From positions 264,924-328,923 of the forward strand of contig MCFH01000058.1 in assembly GCA_002104945.1 (NCBI GenBank): a stretch of 64,000 bases of DNA. The letters are read 5' to 3'. Source of the stretch: Piromyces finnis finn (lineage: Eukaryota; Fungi; Neocallimastigomycota). Both the position numbers and the translations under genes were made by a program. The first letter of the stretch is position 1. Each line of letters starts with the position of its first letter. A model generated the notes under the pieces. It had not been told where the DNA came from and did not search any database. It was given only the letters and a program-made list of their open reading frames with translations. Shown here in pieces: positions 47,920 to 61,914 of the stretch.

Positions 47920-50229
47920 AGGAAAACAAATAATAAAAGTGATTTTATTATTAATTATTAAAAAATCCCTATTTTTTTCTTATATTTATTGTAAAAAAGG
48001 GTAAAAAGATCATCGAGAAGGAAAACAAATAATAAAAGTGATTTTATTATTAATTATTAAAAAAACCCTATTTTTTTCTTATAATAATTAATAGATATTT
48101 ATTTATTTTATTAAATTTAAAATTTGTATTTTTATTATTATTAAATTTTTATATATCATTTAATTTTTTAAATTGATTTAGAAACTTTTTTCTTTTTTTT
48201 TTCTTTTCTGTAAAAATATTGTTACCTTACAATCATTTAATTATTTTTTATTATTGTTACTGAAAAATATAAAAACTTTATACAAAAAATATAAAAATAT
48301 TTTAAATATTTTATTTTTAAAAAAATTTTATTTTATTAATTGTATTTGTATTTTTATAAATGTATTTTTATATACATATCATTTAATTTATTTATTTTTT
48401 ATATTAATATTTAGTTCATATATATATAAACTAATTTTTTATATTAAGTAGCTTTCCTTTTTTTTTGTGAATTATTAATCCATTAATCAAGTAATACTTT
48501 TATGAAAAGTTTGATCCATAAATTAAATAGATATATATTCTTCAATGAGTATTGATCCATTAAGTAGATAAATTTTTTTATAAATGTTTGGCTATAAAAA
48601 ATTTGATCCATAAATTAAATAGATATATATTCTTCAATGAGTATTGATCTATTAAGTAGATAAACTTTTTTTATAAATGTTTGGCCATTAATTAAATAGA
48701 TAAACTTTTTTATAAAAATGTTTGATCGATTAATTAAATAGACAAATCCTTTAAAAATACAGATCTTTTATATTAGACATAAAAATCTAATGAATTCCTT
48801 TAAGTAGATGTATCCTTAATAAGTAAGATGAAAGTAATTTCATCTTACTTTTATTATATTATATATAAAGCATTTTAGATATTCTTATACTCCATTTATA
48901 AATAGTAATAATAAAATACATTTACCAAATATAAAGTTTTTATTCATAATAGATAAAGAACAAAATCTAATGGAAGTAAGGTGAATTTGTTTCACCTTAC
49001 TTTTTATATAACATTATCAAATATAAAATTTTAGATTTCCTTTATTTATTTCTTTTATATTTAATATTTTATAATATACATTACCATAATCAAAATATGC
49101 TAATATTAATATATTCCTTCTAATACAAAAATTTGGTATATTTAAAGTTTATATAAATTCAAATAACCTAATTATATATAAAAAATATACATACCTTTCA
49201 AACTATTCATAATAGATAAAGAACAAAACCTAATGGAAGTAAGGTGAATTTGTTTCCTTACTTTTTATATAACATTATCAAATATAAAATTTTAGATTTC
49301 CTTTATTTATTTCTTTTATATTAATATTTTATAATATACATTACCATAATCAAAATATGCTAATATTAATATATTCCTTCTAATACAAAAATTTGGTATA
49401 TTTTAGAGTTAATATAAATTCAAATAGCCTAATTATATATAAAAAATATACATACCTTTCAAAAATTCTTATTGAATTCTAAATAATAATATTTTTATAA
49501 GTTAATATATAAGCTCAAGATTATAAAGATTATTTTATAAAGGAAAATAAAATATGTACCTTACAAATATTACAAATAAGGATTAGTATTTTATTACCTA
49601 AATAATACAATTTTTTGAATAGTTAATTATTAATATTTAAATACTTAATAGTTTTATAATGTAAAATACAAACCTTAAAATAATACAAGTATGATTTAAA
49701 AATATAAAATATTGTATTATTTAATTTAAAATAAATATAAATATTTGTTCTATAATTTCATAATTTATAATAAAAATATACACACCTACATGAGATTAAA
49801 AAATAATTATTTAATATCTAAAATATAAAGATAATATTTATAGTAATTAATAATTTATTTTTATATTTTTATAATTTATTTAATCATCGTTTCAATCATC
49901 ATTTTGTTTAACGTAACTTTCATATTTAAAGTTTCGAGCATTTCACCAATTATAATATAAAAAAAATAGTCTATATGTCTATATTTATTTGAAATTTATA
50001 ATTATTTGAAATTTATAATATTTACCTTAAATTACAACTTTCCTTTTTCCTGTATAAAAATATTATGTATTATGCATTATATTTTATATATTTAAACTTA
50101 CTCTTAATATATAAAATAAAATCCCTCCACCAACCCCCACATTTTTCAATGTCCTTTTCTTTTTTCTTTTTATTTATTTTTTGCTACTTTAAAGAAATTG
50201 ATAAATGATAATTAATAGTTTTTAATAAT

Positions 50230-51340
50230 CAATTTATTAAAGGAATATGAATAAATTCTTGATGAAAGGGTCCTCCATTTCCTAAATTATTAAGATATAA
50301 TAATATATAGAAAATAATATAGATTTTTATATTTTTGATTTATTTAATCATTTTAATTATCTTATTAAAGGAATATGAATAAATTGCTTGATGAAAGGAT
50401 CCTCCATTTCCTAATTTATTAAGATATAATAATATATAGAAAATAATATAGATTTTTATATTTTTGATTTATTAATCATTTCAAGGATTATGAATAAATT
50501 GCTTATGAAAGGATCCTCCATTTCCTAAATTATTAAGATATAATAATATATAGAAAATAATATAGATTTTTATATTTTTGATTTATTAATCATTTCAAGG
50601 ATTATGAATAAATTGCTTATGAAAGGATCCTCCATTTCCTAAATTATTAAGATATAATAATATATAGAAAATAATATAGATTTTTGTATTTTTGATATAT
50701 TAATTATTTTAATTATTTTATTAAAGGAATATGAATAAATTGCTTGATGAAAGGATCCTCCATTTCCTAATTTATTAAGATATAATAATATATAGAAAAT
50801 AATATAGATTTTTGTATTTTTGATATATTAATTATTTTAATTATCTTATTAAAGGAATATGAATAAATTGCTTGATGAAAGGATCCTCCATTTCCTAATT
50901 TATTAAGATATAATAATATATAGAAAATAATGATTTTTTTATTTTTGATATATTAATTATTTTAATTATTTTATTAAAGGAATATGAATAAATTGCTTGA
51001 TGAAAGGATCCTCCATTTCCTAATTTATTAAGATATAATAATATATAGAAAATAATATAGATTTTTGTATTTTTGATATATTAATTATTTTAATTATCTT
51101 ATTAAAGGAATATGAATAAATTGCTTGATGAAAGGATCCTCCATTTCCTAATTTATTAAGATATAATAATATATAGAAAATAATATAGATTTTTGTATTT
51201 TTGATTTATTAATTATTTTTAATTATTTTATTAAAGGAATATGAATAAATTGCTTGATGAAAGGATCCTCCATTTCCTAATTTATTAAGATATAATAATA
51301 TATAGAGAATAATACAGATTTTTATGGTTTTGATTTATTA
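50230..51340. repeat. Tandem satellite, about 9 units of 110-135 bp
   Basis: Recurrent AAAGGAATATGAATAAATTGCTTGATGAAAGGATCCTCCATTTCCTAA core. Confidence 0.93.
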
Positions 51341-54157
51341 AAGTAATAATTCTTAAAAAATATTATATATAAATGCAATAGAATATTAAAGTAATATAAA
51401 TTTATCGATTAATTATATTAGTTTCCAGTTATAATGTATTAAAATATTTTTGAATTGGTAAAAAATATTATATATAAATGCAATAGAATATTAAAGTAAT
51501 ATAAATTTATCGATTAATTATATTAGTTTCCAGTTATAATGTATTAAAGTTTTTTTGAATTGGTAAGTTATATGTAAATGATTTTAAATATTAATTATCG
51601 TATGCTAAAAGTCTTTTCTCCATTTTAAAATCATTTTTGAGTTTCCCTTATTTTTGAACTTTTTTTAGACAAACAGTTACAATTATTTTCTCCTTGTAAT
51701 TCTAAACCGAAATACCTAGAGAAATTCAGTTGATTTTTAAGACAATAAAATGTTCTGTACGATAAAATTTTATTTCCTAAAAGATATATAATATATATTT
51801 CGAAAATGGCAAACTAATACCCATTAAAAAAGAATTGTATAAAAGAATTATGTAGATTTATTGGATAAGCAATTTTAATTCAAAGATTGAAAACCATTGA
51901 CTTTTTTTCCTAATAGAGATGCTATTTATAAAATTATATAATATATTTTGACAATTAAATAAAATAATGAATTAACTAATATACCCCTTCCCCTTTAGGT
52001 TTTCAGACAATCAATAAGTAATTTTAAATCAAAGATATAAATCATTTTTAATAATTCTATTTCCCTATAATTGAATTAATTTTAAAAATAATAAAAATAT
52101 TTTTTGGCTTATATATTAATTGTCAGATATTGATTTCTAAAAAATATTAAAAAACTTCATTTGGCCTATATTTCTTGTTTAATATTGATTGTTTATACAT
52201 TTTATTTTTAAAGTAAATCTGAAATTTCAAAATTTATAAAGACCATAATTATAGTGTACAAATAAGTTGAGTAGTATCTATATTTTCATAAAATGTATTA
52301 CTATTAAATATATATTTCGGTTATCCAAATTCATTAATAAATAAATCTCTTATTTAAAATATATATCAAAATTTCAGAAATCAACAATAATTGTTAAGCT
52401 GCCTAAAAACATTATATCCTAATTTTTAGAATTCCTTTCTTTAATAAACATGAATATTATAAATTCCATTAAAAAATAATAACTATATAATTTTTATATT
52501 CTTACAATTCTTCAACTTATGAATTTAATACATTAAAATTGAATGTTCAAATTTATCTCATAATAGTATTATTATGTTAATTTATATATTTAAAAAGATC
52601 ACCTCTTTTTTTTAGAAATTTATCTTTGATTCTGCTAAATAAACACAAAGACTTACAATATACATAAATGAATGCTTTTAAGCAGGTAACCCGTAGAATT
52701 CTATAAATAATCCTAATGGTCTAAAAATATAAATAAAAAAGTTTTATTTCTTTCAAATCTTTTGAACTCCCAATTTAGTTTCTACCTCTTTCTTCTTCCT
52801 TATGTTTCTATTCCTTGATTCTGCCAAATAATTACATTAACACAAAGACCTACAATATACATAAAGGAATGCTTTTAAGCAGGTAACCCATAGAATTCTA
52901 TAAATAATCCAATAATCCCTTAATGGTCTAAAAATATAAATAAAAAAATTTTATTTCTTTCAAATCTTTTGAACTCCCAAATTTAGTTTCTACCTCTTTC
53001 TTCTTCCTTATGTTTATATTCCTTTTATTGATTTTTTATATTTTGCTTTCTCCACCTAAATTTTTCTGTTAGCTTTTATTAAATTTTTCATATATTATTA
53101 TATACTTTCATATATTTACAAATTTTTTAGGTTTGAAAATATCTTCTTATTAACAATTTCCATTTATTTACAATATTTTGATAATTATATCTTCATTTCA
53201 TTTCCATATGAGAATCAAAATAATATTTTATTCCAAATTTCCTCATTATTGATCCTCTATTATTCCATTCCAATTCATTTTCTACTTCTTGAATTTTATC
53301 CAATTATCCATCTATATTTCATTTTGTTAAAAGTTTAATTTTAAATATCTTATTACATTTCATTTCCATATGAGAATCAAAATAATATTTTATTCCAAAT
53401 TTCCTCATTATTGATCCTCTATTATTCCATTCCAATTCATTTTCTACTTCTTGAATTTTATCCAATTATCCATCTATATTTCATTTTGTTAAAAGTTTAA
53501 TTTTAAATATCTTATTACATTAATATATTTAAAAATGAATATACATTTCCTATATCAAATATTTGTTTCAAAATATTTATGTTTTGAAGTAAAAAAAGAA
53601 ATTTAAATAATTATTATATTTCATAACTTTTATATTTAATTATTAATTAATAATATAAATAGTATATATTATAGAAGTTTATTGTTTATTAATGTGTATA
53701 TTGTTGATTCTCTGTATATAGATATTGTAAAAAATGTAATATTATATAATTAATGATATATTTATATGTTCTTTTATTATTATATTATATATATGTAATA
53801 TTTAATGTTATTTATTATTATATATATGTGTTATATTTTATATAAGTATATATTAAACAAGAATAGTATTATAAAATGATTTATTAATTGATTATTGAAT
53901 AAAAATAATATTATAAATGTATATATTTTATATAAAATATTATATATTATTGCTATAAAAATTACAGTATTATTCAACAATAAATAAAATAATTATTTAT
54001 ATTATAGATAATATATATAATATACAAAAATATAAATAATTATATAATAATATAATAAAATATATATTCGATATATATTATATTCTATATATATTGATAT
54101 ATATAAATGTTTTTTTAGATTTCTTAAATATCATTTTATTGTGGAATTAAGAACTTT

Positions 54158-54282
54158 AGAACAGCATCAAGCATTTACATAGCAGTACTATTTCATAAAG
54201 AACAGCATCAAGCATTTACATAGCAGTACTATTTCAAAAAGAACAGCAGCAAGCATTTACATAGCAGTACTATTTCATAAAG
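54158..54282. repeat. 41-bp tandem repeat, three copies
   Basis: AGAACAGCATCAAGCATTTACATAGCAGTACTATTTCA starting at 54158, 54199, 54240. Confidence 0.92.
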
Positions 54283-55059
54283 ACAAGATATTCTATTTGC
54301 TCATACTTTATCTGTCTCGATAGTAATACACCCAGATAAATCTAAAAGCTATATTTTTTCAACATTTTTACACATTAGGCAAAAGGTAGTCCTATCAATT
54401 TCAGCATTTCTACATATTATGAAGAAGGTAGTCCTATCATCATTATAGAAAAAATTTTAAAAGTTAATTTTTTTAAATTTTAAATTGTTTAAAGAAAAAC
54501 TATTCATATTTATATTTTTTTTAAAATATTTTTTAATATTTTTTTTCTAAAATAATAAATTTACTATTTTTTTAAAAAAAAAAGAGCCAATAAAATAAAA
54601 TGTTTTGAAATTCTAAATTAAAATTAAAGTTCCACAAAATAAATTTTTATTAAATTTTAAAAATCTCCTAAATTTTGATTGTTCAATTAATTAAAAGAAT
54701 TTTAAAAATAATTTTTTGTGTTGTGTGATGACAATTAATAAAATTGTTAATTAATACTTAATAAGTAATAAATGAATTGATTATTATAAGCATCAAATAT
54801 ATTATTGATTAATAAATATGTATTAAATATAATTCTATTTTAATAATTATAATAAGTAATAAATGAGTTGATTATTATAAGCATCAAATATATTATTGAT
54901 TAATAAATATGTATTAAATATAATTCTATTTTAATAATTTTAACTATTTTTATAATTTTGTATATTATATTTTTTTGCAATGTGACAATTTTATGACCTC
55001 AATATAATAAAATTATTGGACCTATTTTAACTTTTTACATTTTTTTAGTTTTAAAATAA

Positions 55060-56270
55060 ATTAAAAAAATGAGTTTGTCATCATACAAAAAATAATTTTT
55101 TAATTTATTTTAAAACTAAAAAAATGATAATTATAATTTATGTGACTTTCATAACATCAGTAGTTTAAAACATAATAAATGACTTATATTGTATTTTGTA
55201 ATACAATGTATACATTATATGCTTTAATAAAATTCATATTGTATTTTGTAATACAATATATACATTATATGCTTTAATAAAATTCATGTATTATATAGTT
55301 CTTTTTAATTCATGTATTATATAGTTCTTTTTAATTAAGGTTTAGTTATACAGAAAGGTCAGAGTGCTATTAATTATATAGTAAAAACATAATAAAATTC
55401 ATATTGTATTTTGTAATACAATGTATACATTATATGCTTTAATAAAATTCATGTATTATATAGTTCTTTTTAATTCATGTATTATATAGTTCTTTTTAAT
55501 TAAGGTTTAGTTATACGGAAAGGTCAGAGTGCTATTAATTATATAGTAAAAACATTTTTTAAGAAATTAAAGTTGATTATAAAATAATACTTTACTTTAT
55601 TATAAATCTTTATTTATTTAATAATAATAATATATTATTATTTATATTATTTTTTTAAAATTAAAATAAATTAAAAAAATGAGTTTGTCATCATACAAAA
55701 AATAATTTTTTAATTTATTTTAAAACTAAAAAAATGATAATTATAATTTATGTGACTTTCATAACATCAGTAGTTTAAAACATAATAAATGACTTATATT
55801 GTATTTTGTAATACAATGTATACATTATATGCTTTAATAAAATTCATATTGTATTTTGTAATACAATATATACATTATATGCTTTAATAAAATTCATGTA
55901 TTATATAGTTCTTTTTAATTCATGTATTATATAGTTCTTTTTAATTAAGGTTTAGTTATACAGAAAGGTCAGAGTGCTATTAATTATATAGTAAAAACAT
56001 AATAAAATTCATATTGTATTTTGTAATACAATGTATACATTATATGCTTTAATAAAATTCATGTATTATATAGTTCTTTTTAATTCATGTATTATATAGT
56101 TCTTTTTAATTAAGGTTTAGTTATACGGAAAGGTCAGAGTGCTATTAATTATATAGTAAAAACATTTTTTAAGAAATTAAAGTTGATTATAAAATAATAC
56201 TTTACTTTATTATAAATCTTTATTTATTTAATAATAATAATATATTATTATTTATATTATTTTTTTAAAA
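55060..56270. repeat. About 600-bp tandem duplication (with internal sub-repeats) in a diverged F-like LTR
   Basis: Second copy offset by about 600 bp; GAAAGGTCAGAGTGCTATTAATTATATAGTAAAA resembles family F GGTCAGAATGTTATCAATTATATAGTAAA. Confidence 0.75.
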
Positions 56271-58437
56271 TTAATATTTGTTTTTAAAAATAACTTTTAT
56301 ATAAATAAATAAAATTTATAATAAAATATATGATTAATCATTTAAACATTTAATCCTAATTAGTAATTATAAAAGCTATTCAATTAATAATTCATCATTA
56401 TTAATTGATAATAATTCCTAATAATATATATTATTTTTTTAAAATTAATATTTGTTTTTAAAAATAACTTTTATATAAATAAATAAAATTTATAATAAAA
56501 TATATGATTAATCATTTAAACATTTAATCCTAATTAGTAATTATAAAAGCTATTCAATTAATAATTCATCATTATTAATTGATAATAATTCCTAATAATA
56601 AAACCTGTCATCAAAATATTCTGTAATAATTAAAACTATTTCATTTATGTATGATAACTGTATCAGAAGGTCGATGAATAGGTTGGATTATTTTATTATT
56701 AATTTAAGTTAAATAAAAATTTGAAAAATGACTCAAATAATTAATAAAAGGATTTTTTTTAATAAATTTTTAATAAATATTAAAGTTTAAAATTAAAATT
56801 TGATTTTTTATTAATATTTAAAAGTGGATTTTTTAAGCTAAAGCAATAATAAGAGATTATTTATAATTTTTTGAAAATTTTGAAAATAATTCTAAATTGA
56901 AGCTTAACTAATTTTTTCTTCAACTATTTATACTAAAACTCAATTGAGGCTTAACAATTATTTTAATTTTTAATTACTAACAATTACTAATAATTACTAA
57001 TTAAATAAAAATAAATAAAAAATAATTAATAATGAAAATTATAAATTTAATATTACTTCCAGAAGGTGTTATGATTCTTTCACTAAACTAAACTATTATT
57101 TCTTTTAAATTTTTTTATTTATTACTAATAGCTAAATTATTAATAATTAAGATTTCTTCTAAAAAAATTTATTATTTACTAAAGTTAATTATAACAAAAA
57201 TCTTTCTTAAACTGATTTTGATTTACTATTAAAAACTTTAAATTATCATATCATCCTTAAATGGCCAGTTTAACTAATTAATTATATCAACTATTATTAA
57301 AATTTAACTTATTTATGATATAATTAATTAAAAAATACATAATAATATTTAAAAGACAAAAATAAGTTTTTATATAATAAAAATTATTGTTAAAAAGAGT
57401 GTAAAAACAATAAATAAAAGAAAATGTAAAAACGAAATTAAACTTATTCTTCATAATCTAAGTCTTCTTATTTTCTACTAAAAATTATTATTATTCTTTA
57501 TATTAAAAATTATTTTTATAATTTAACCCAATCAAATATATAAATTTATAAAATATTTGATTTTATGTAAATATTGTTTTTTATAATAAACTAAATAAAA
57601 TTTTCTACTAATATCAAATTTATAATATATTTATAATTATTATTTATCAAAAAGTGATATAATTTGATAATAATCTTAATTTTGAATTTTACTTCAAAAA
57701 ATGATTATTATATTATATCTTTGAGTATAACTATATAAGTTATATGGATTAGAATTTAAAATTGTTTTTATAAAAATTAATAAAATTGTTTTATTAAGAC
57801 ACTAAATTGTTTTATTAAGACACTAAATTGTTTTATTAGAAACACTCGTTTTTCTAATATTTAAATATTTAAAATTTTATTTATTTAAGTATAAAGTGAT
57901 TATTAAAATTATAAAATATTAATCTAAACTATATAATATTTCTTTATTAATAATAATAATAATTAAAATAAGAATATTTACATGTATTTATATTTTCTTT
58001 TAAATTTAAACTATTTACATTAAAACAATAAAATTAATAACTATTTACAATAAAAATAATAAAAGTAATTAGAAATAACAATAAAAGAAATAATTAAAAG
58101 TTAAAGAATATAAAAAGTTGTTTATTTTACAATTAATTAGAGTAATAATTATTTTTAATGTTTTAATAAAGGTGTTTAATTATATTATTTTATAACATGA
58201 ATTATTATATTTGTTTACTTTTAAAGTGTAATTTACTAACGAAGTTATTAAATATTTAATTTAACAATTAATTTAACAAGAGTTATATATTTTGATCTCG
58301 ATTAATTAAAGTTTATTATTTTCTTTCAATAATCAAAATATATTCAGTGTTTAGGATTAATTTTATTTAAGAATTTTGGTAAAGTACTTAATTAAACTAT
58401 AACTTATTTTAAGTTACTTTTAGGGTTAACTTTAAAA

Positions 58438-58743
58438 TGTAAAAGTTTTATTAAACTTATAATTTAATATTAAAATATTAAATTAAAATTTAATATTAAA
58501 ATATTAAATTAAATAAAAGATTAAAAATAACTAGGTTAGAAAAAAATGTTTTATTAAAATAATCTTAATTGTTTTATAAATGAATAATTAAATTATGTAT
58601 TATAGTTAAAATAATTTCTTTTTATTTTATTTAAAGAATATATATAATAATAAGATTATTTAATAGCAATACTTATTAAGTATTAATAAGGTAATAATCT
58701 TTACAAAGATTTAATTCATAAAACTATTCTAAACTATTTATAC

Positions 58744-58790
<47 letters not shown>

Positions 58791-59866
58791 GGCATCAAAT
58801 ATTTTAAACTTTATTATTAATTTAATTAAAATTATAATACATGTAATAAAAAAATTAAAATTAAAATAAAAATAAAAAAAAATATGTTTAAATAAACACA
58901 AATGAATAAAAATTGGGTATAATGTATTCTAGTAATTTTAATTAAAGTAAGAAAGCCACTATCATACTAAAGTATAATAATTGTATTTGACTTCCAATGG
59001 GACACCGAGCCAAAGATCAAAATTTTGTCATGGAACAAAATTATGATCTCCATTGGTTGCGCTGGCCCTCCTGGCCTGTCTTACTGTTTCTTCAGCATTG
59101 ACGCTCTATTTATACTATTTGTAATTTTACATTTAATAATAAAATAACTTTTTAATGCATGATTATTTTTATAATATATTTTATAATACTAAGGCTAAAC
59201 TTAAGACTTATTACTAATTATTAAAAATAACTATTGTTTATATATTCATAATATTAATTATTTCTTAATTATAATATAATTCATTGAATATAATATTAAT
59301 AATTATAATCTTTTAATTCAAAGATTATAAGTTATGTTATTGAAAATAATTATTATAAAATAAAGTTAATTAATTCCGGAAAATAATTTTAATTTAATTA
59401 AAACAATAATTTATATCCTTTTGGGTGAATGATTTATGTTTGATACATCAGGGGTGATCATTCTCTGAATAAACAATTAATCATTACTAACAAAATATCT
59501 TTAAATTGGAATATCTCATGAACCAGCAGAGATATTGACCTGATTTTAAGATATGTTGTTTATCTCAAGCGTGACTTTCTAACGAACCCACAATCTCCCA
59601 AAAACACAATTATCCAAAATCGCCATTCGTTAAGGAGATACGCGTATTTTTCCTTATTTAATTTTAACGATAAGGGTTAAAGTTATTTGTTATAAAATTA
59701 TTAAGGGTTAAGGTCATATCTTAACCTTTTCTAAATTTTTTAAATATTTCTTAATATAATTTTATAATTTATTTGAAAATAAAATATTATTGATTTTGAA
59801 ATTTTATAAGTAATTTCACAATTTCAAGATCACTTGAAATTGCAGATTCCACTAGTATTCGTGACA
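58438..59866 (-). mobile_element. Solo LTR, family A (E1 family), containing a poly(A) insertion
   Basis: Reverse complement of the E1 LTR; TSD TAAAA (58433-58437 / 59867-59871). Confidence 0.92.
58749..59105 (-). mobile_element. 5'-truncated non-LTR (TPRT-type) insertion
   Basis: About 15-bp TSD CTATTTATACTATTT (58734-58748 / 59106-59120); T42 run at 58746-58787; 43-nt block shared with the 22852-23396 insert. Confidence 0.88.
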
Positions 59867-59921
59867 TAAAAATCAGATTTAATAATAATTTTATATTTAT
59901 TAATTTCATTACTTATAAAAA

Positions 59922-61394
59922 TGACACACGTTCAAATATACCTTAATTCTAAATAAGCTTAGAAAGTGGTATATTTGGTGTGTAATTGAATGATTTATTT
60001 TTACTTGCTCATTCTACAAGTTTATATAATTATTAAATATTATTTAAAGTTTTAAAAATACATCTTGTTTTATAATATTAGTTTATTTATTTAAAATAAA
60101 TGTATAATACATCTCGCTATGTATTATAAAAAAATATATTAATTTATTATAATTTTAAAATATTCTAATTTTCCTGGCTAATTAGTAACAATCTTTAAAA
60201 ATAATATTTTCTATTTCTATTTATAATAAATAATTACATTTTAAGTTTGTTTATAAACAAAAGTTGTTTCTATTTTACATTTTTAAAATTTAATTAAACA
60301 TTTATATTTTATATTATTTTGATTATTTACTATTATTTTAATTTATATTAAGTTTATATAATTTTATATGTTAAGTTTTTGGATTTGGTTATGCGTCCAG
60401 GTCAGAATGTTATTAATTATATAGTAAATATGTTTTTTAAGAAATTAAATTTAAATATAAAATAACCCTTTAAACTTCCAAATGAAAAATTAATATTTAT
60501 TCTTTAGAATAACTTTTTTATAAAATTTTATTTATTTAGTAATAATAATATAAATGATAATATATTTAATAACTATATAATTAAGATTATAACTATAATC
60601 TTTACAAAGAATTAAAATCGAATTCAATTCATTCTATTTTATATTCTTTGTTCAGATTATTAAATTGATAAAAATAAAGTATTACATGTAATATATTAAT
60701 AACATAATAAGATTGTTTGTTTGTTTGTTTTGTCATGACATAAAATAAAATAAACATATGATTAATCATTTAAACACTTGATCCATTAACCTATTTTATA
60801 ATAATTAAAATTATTTAATTTATAAATGTTAACTGTTACACCTAAATGGTTTAGTTCTATTTTTAGTAACAGTCACTATCATTAATTAATTTAATATAAT
60901 TAAAATTTCTATTGATATCTTTTTAATTTTCGTCAAGTCATAAGAAATGTCTATGATCCATACTTGATATCATATTAATTTTAATTTACTTATTAAAATC
61001 TTCAAATGATCATATCTTCCTTAAATGACCAGTTAGAAGGACCGCGATTGTACCAAAATATAGCTTTTCCTTTAAGCTTTCCAACAAATTTAGTTTCACA
61101 GCTGTAGTACTTATAGTCGTAGCGTTCGTTTTTGGCGAGTTACACCTTGTTTCGTGTTTGTTTATTTTTGGTTAAGGGTTATAGTGTATTGATATTAAAT
61201 TTTTTGAAATCATAACCCTTTCACTGAATCAAAATTTAAAGGGTGACTTTTAAAGGTGTTTTAAAATAATCATTGAAATTATTTAATTATAATTATTATG
61301 TTTAATTAATTATAGATATTATCTGAATTTGTTTTAAATCCACTTAATATCTTCACATTAAAATCAGCTAATCTATTAATTCATTATTTATAAA
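59922..61394 (-). mobile_element. Family-E LTR split by a family-F solo LTR
   Basis: Reverse complement of 31965-32459 on both sides of 60369-61357; its last ~15 bp are displaced by LTR D. Confidence 0.82.
60369..61357 (-). mobile_element. Solo LTR, family F
   Basis: TGTTAAG...TTCACA; TSD TTATA/TTAAA (4 of 5). Confidence 0.88.
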
Positions 61395-61805
61395 TGATAC
61401 GAAGAGGATATTATCTTAATTCTATAAATGAATATAGAAAGTGATAATATTTGTATCTAAAATTTAATAAATAAAAATAAATAAGAAAATAAAAATAGAA
61501 TAAATGATTTTTATACTTGTTCACTTGCAAGTCTTTGTTAGTTTAAAATATAAAATTATTTTATTTAATTATAAAGTTTTAATATTTAATAATTCTTGTA
61601 TTATTAAATATATATATGTTATGGTTTAATACATCTTGAATGTATGTAAATATAATCACAACTATTATTTTAATAAAATTTAATATTATTATCTAATTTT
61701 ACTGGATTATTAGGAACAATTTTAAAATAAAATGATTCTATCACTATTTATACAAAATTATTATTTTAAAGTATAATTATAAACAAATATAAACTATTTA
61801 ATTTA

Positions 61806-61836
<31 letters not shown>

Positions 61837-61914
61837 TTTACATTTATAATTTTTAATTTAATAATTTTATACATGTTAATTATTTTAATTTTCAACTATC
61901 TGTGTTTTAATATT
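61395..61914 (-). repeat. Family-D LTR (3' part), interrupted by E5
   Basis: Reverse complement of 8415-8936. Confidence 0.88.

Larger units (their letters stand above)
57655..59918 (-). mobile_element. Family-C LTR split by a family-A solo LTR
   Basis: 57655-58437 plus 59867-59918 reconstitute the 34660-35470 sequence. Confidence 0.88.

Noticed and set aside
54158-54282. CRISPR interpretation of the 41-bp and 120-bp repeats
   Set aside because: Units are contiguous with no unique spacers, there are no cas genes, and the context is eukaryotic.
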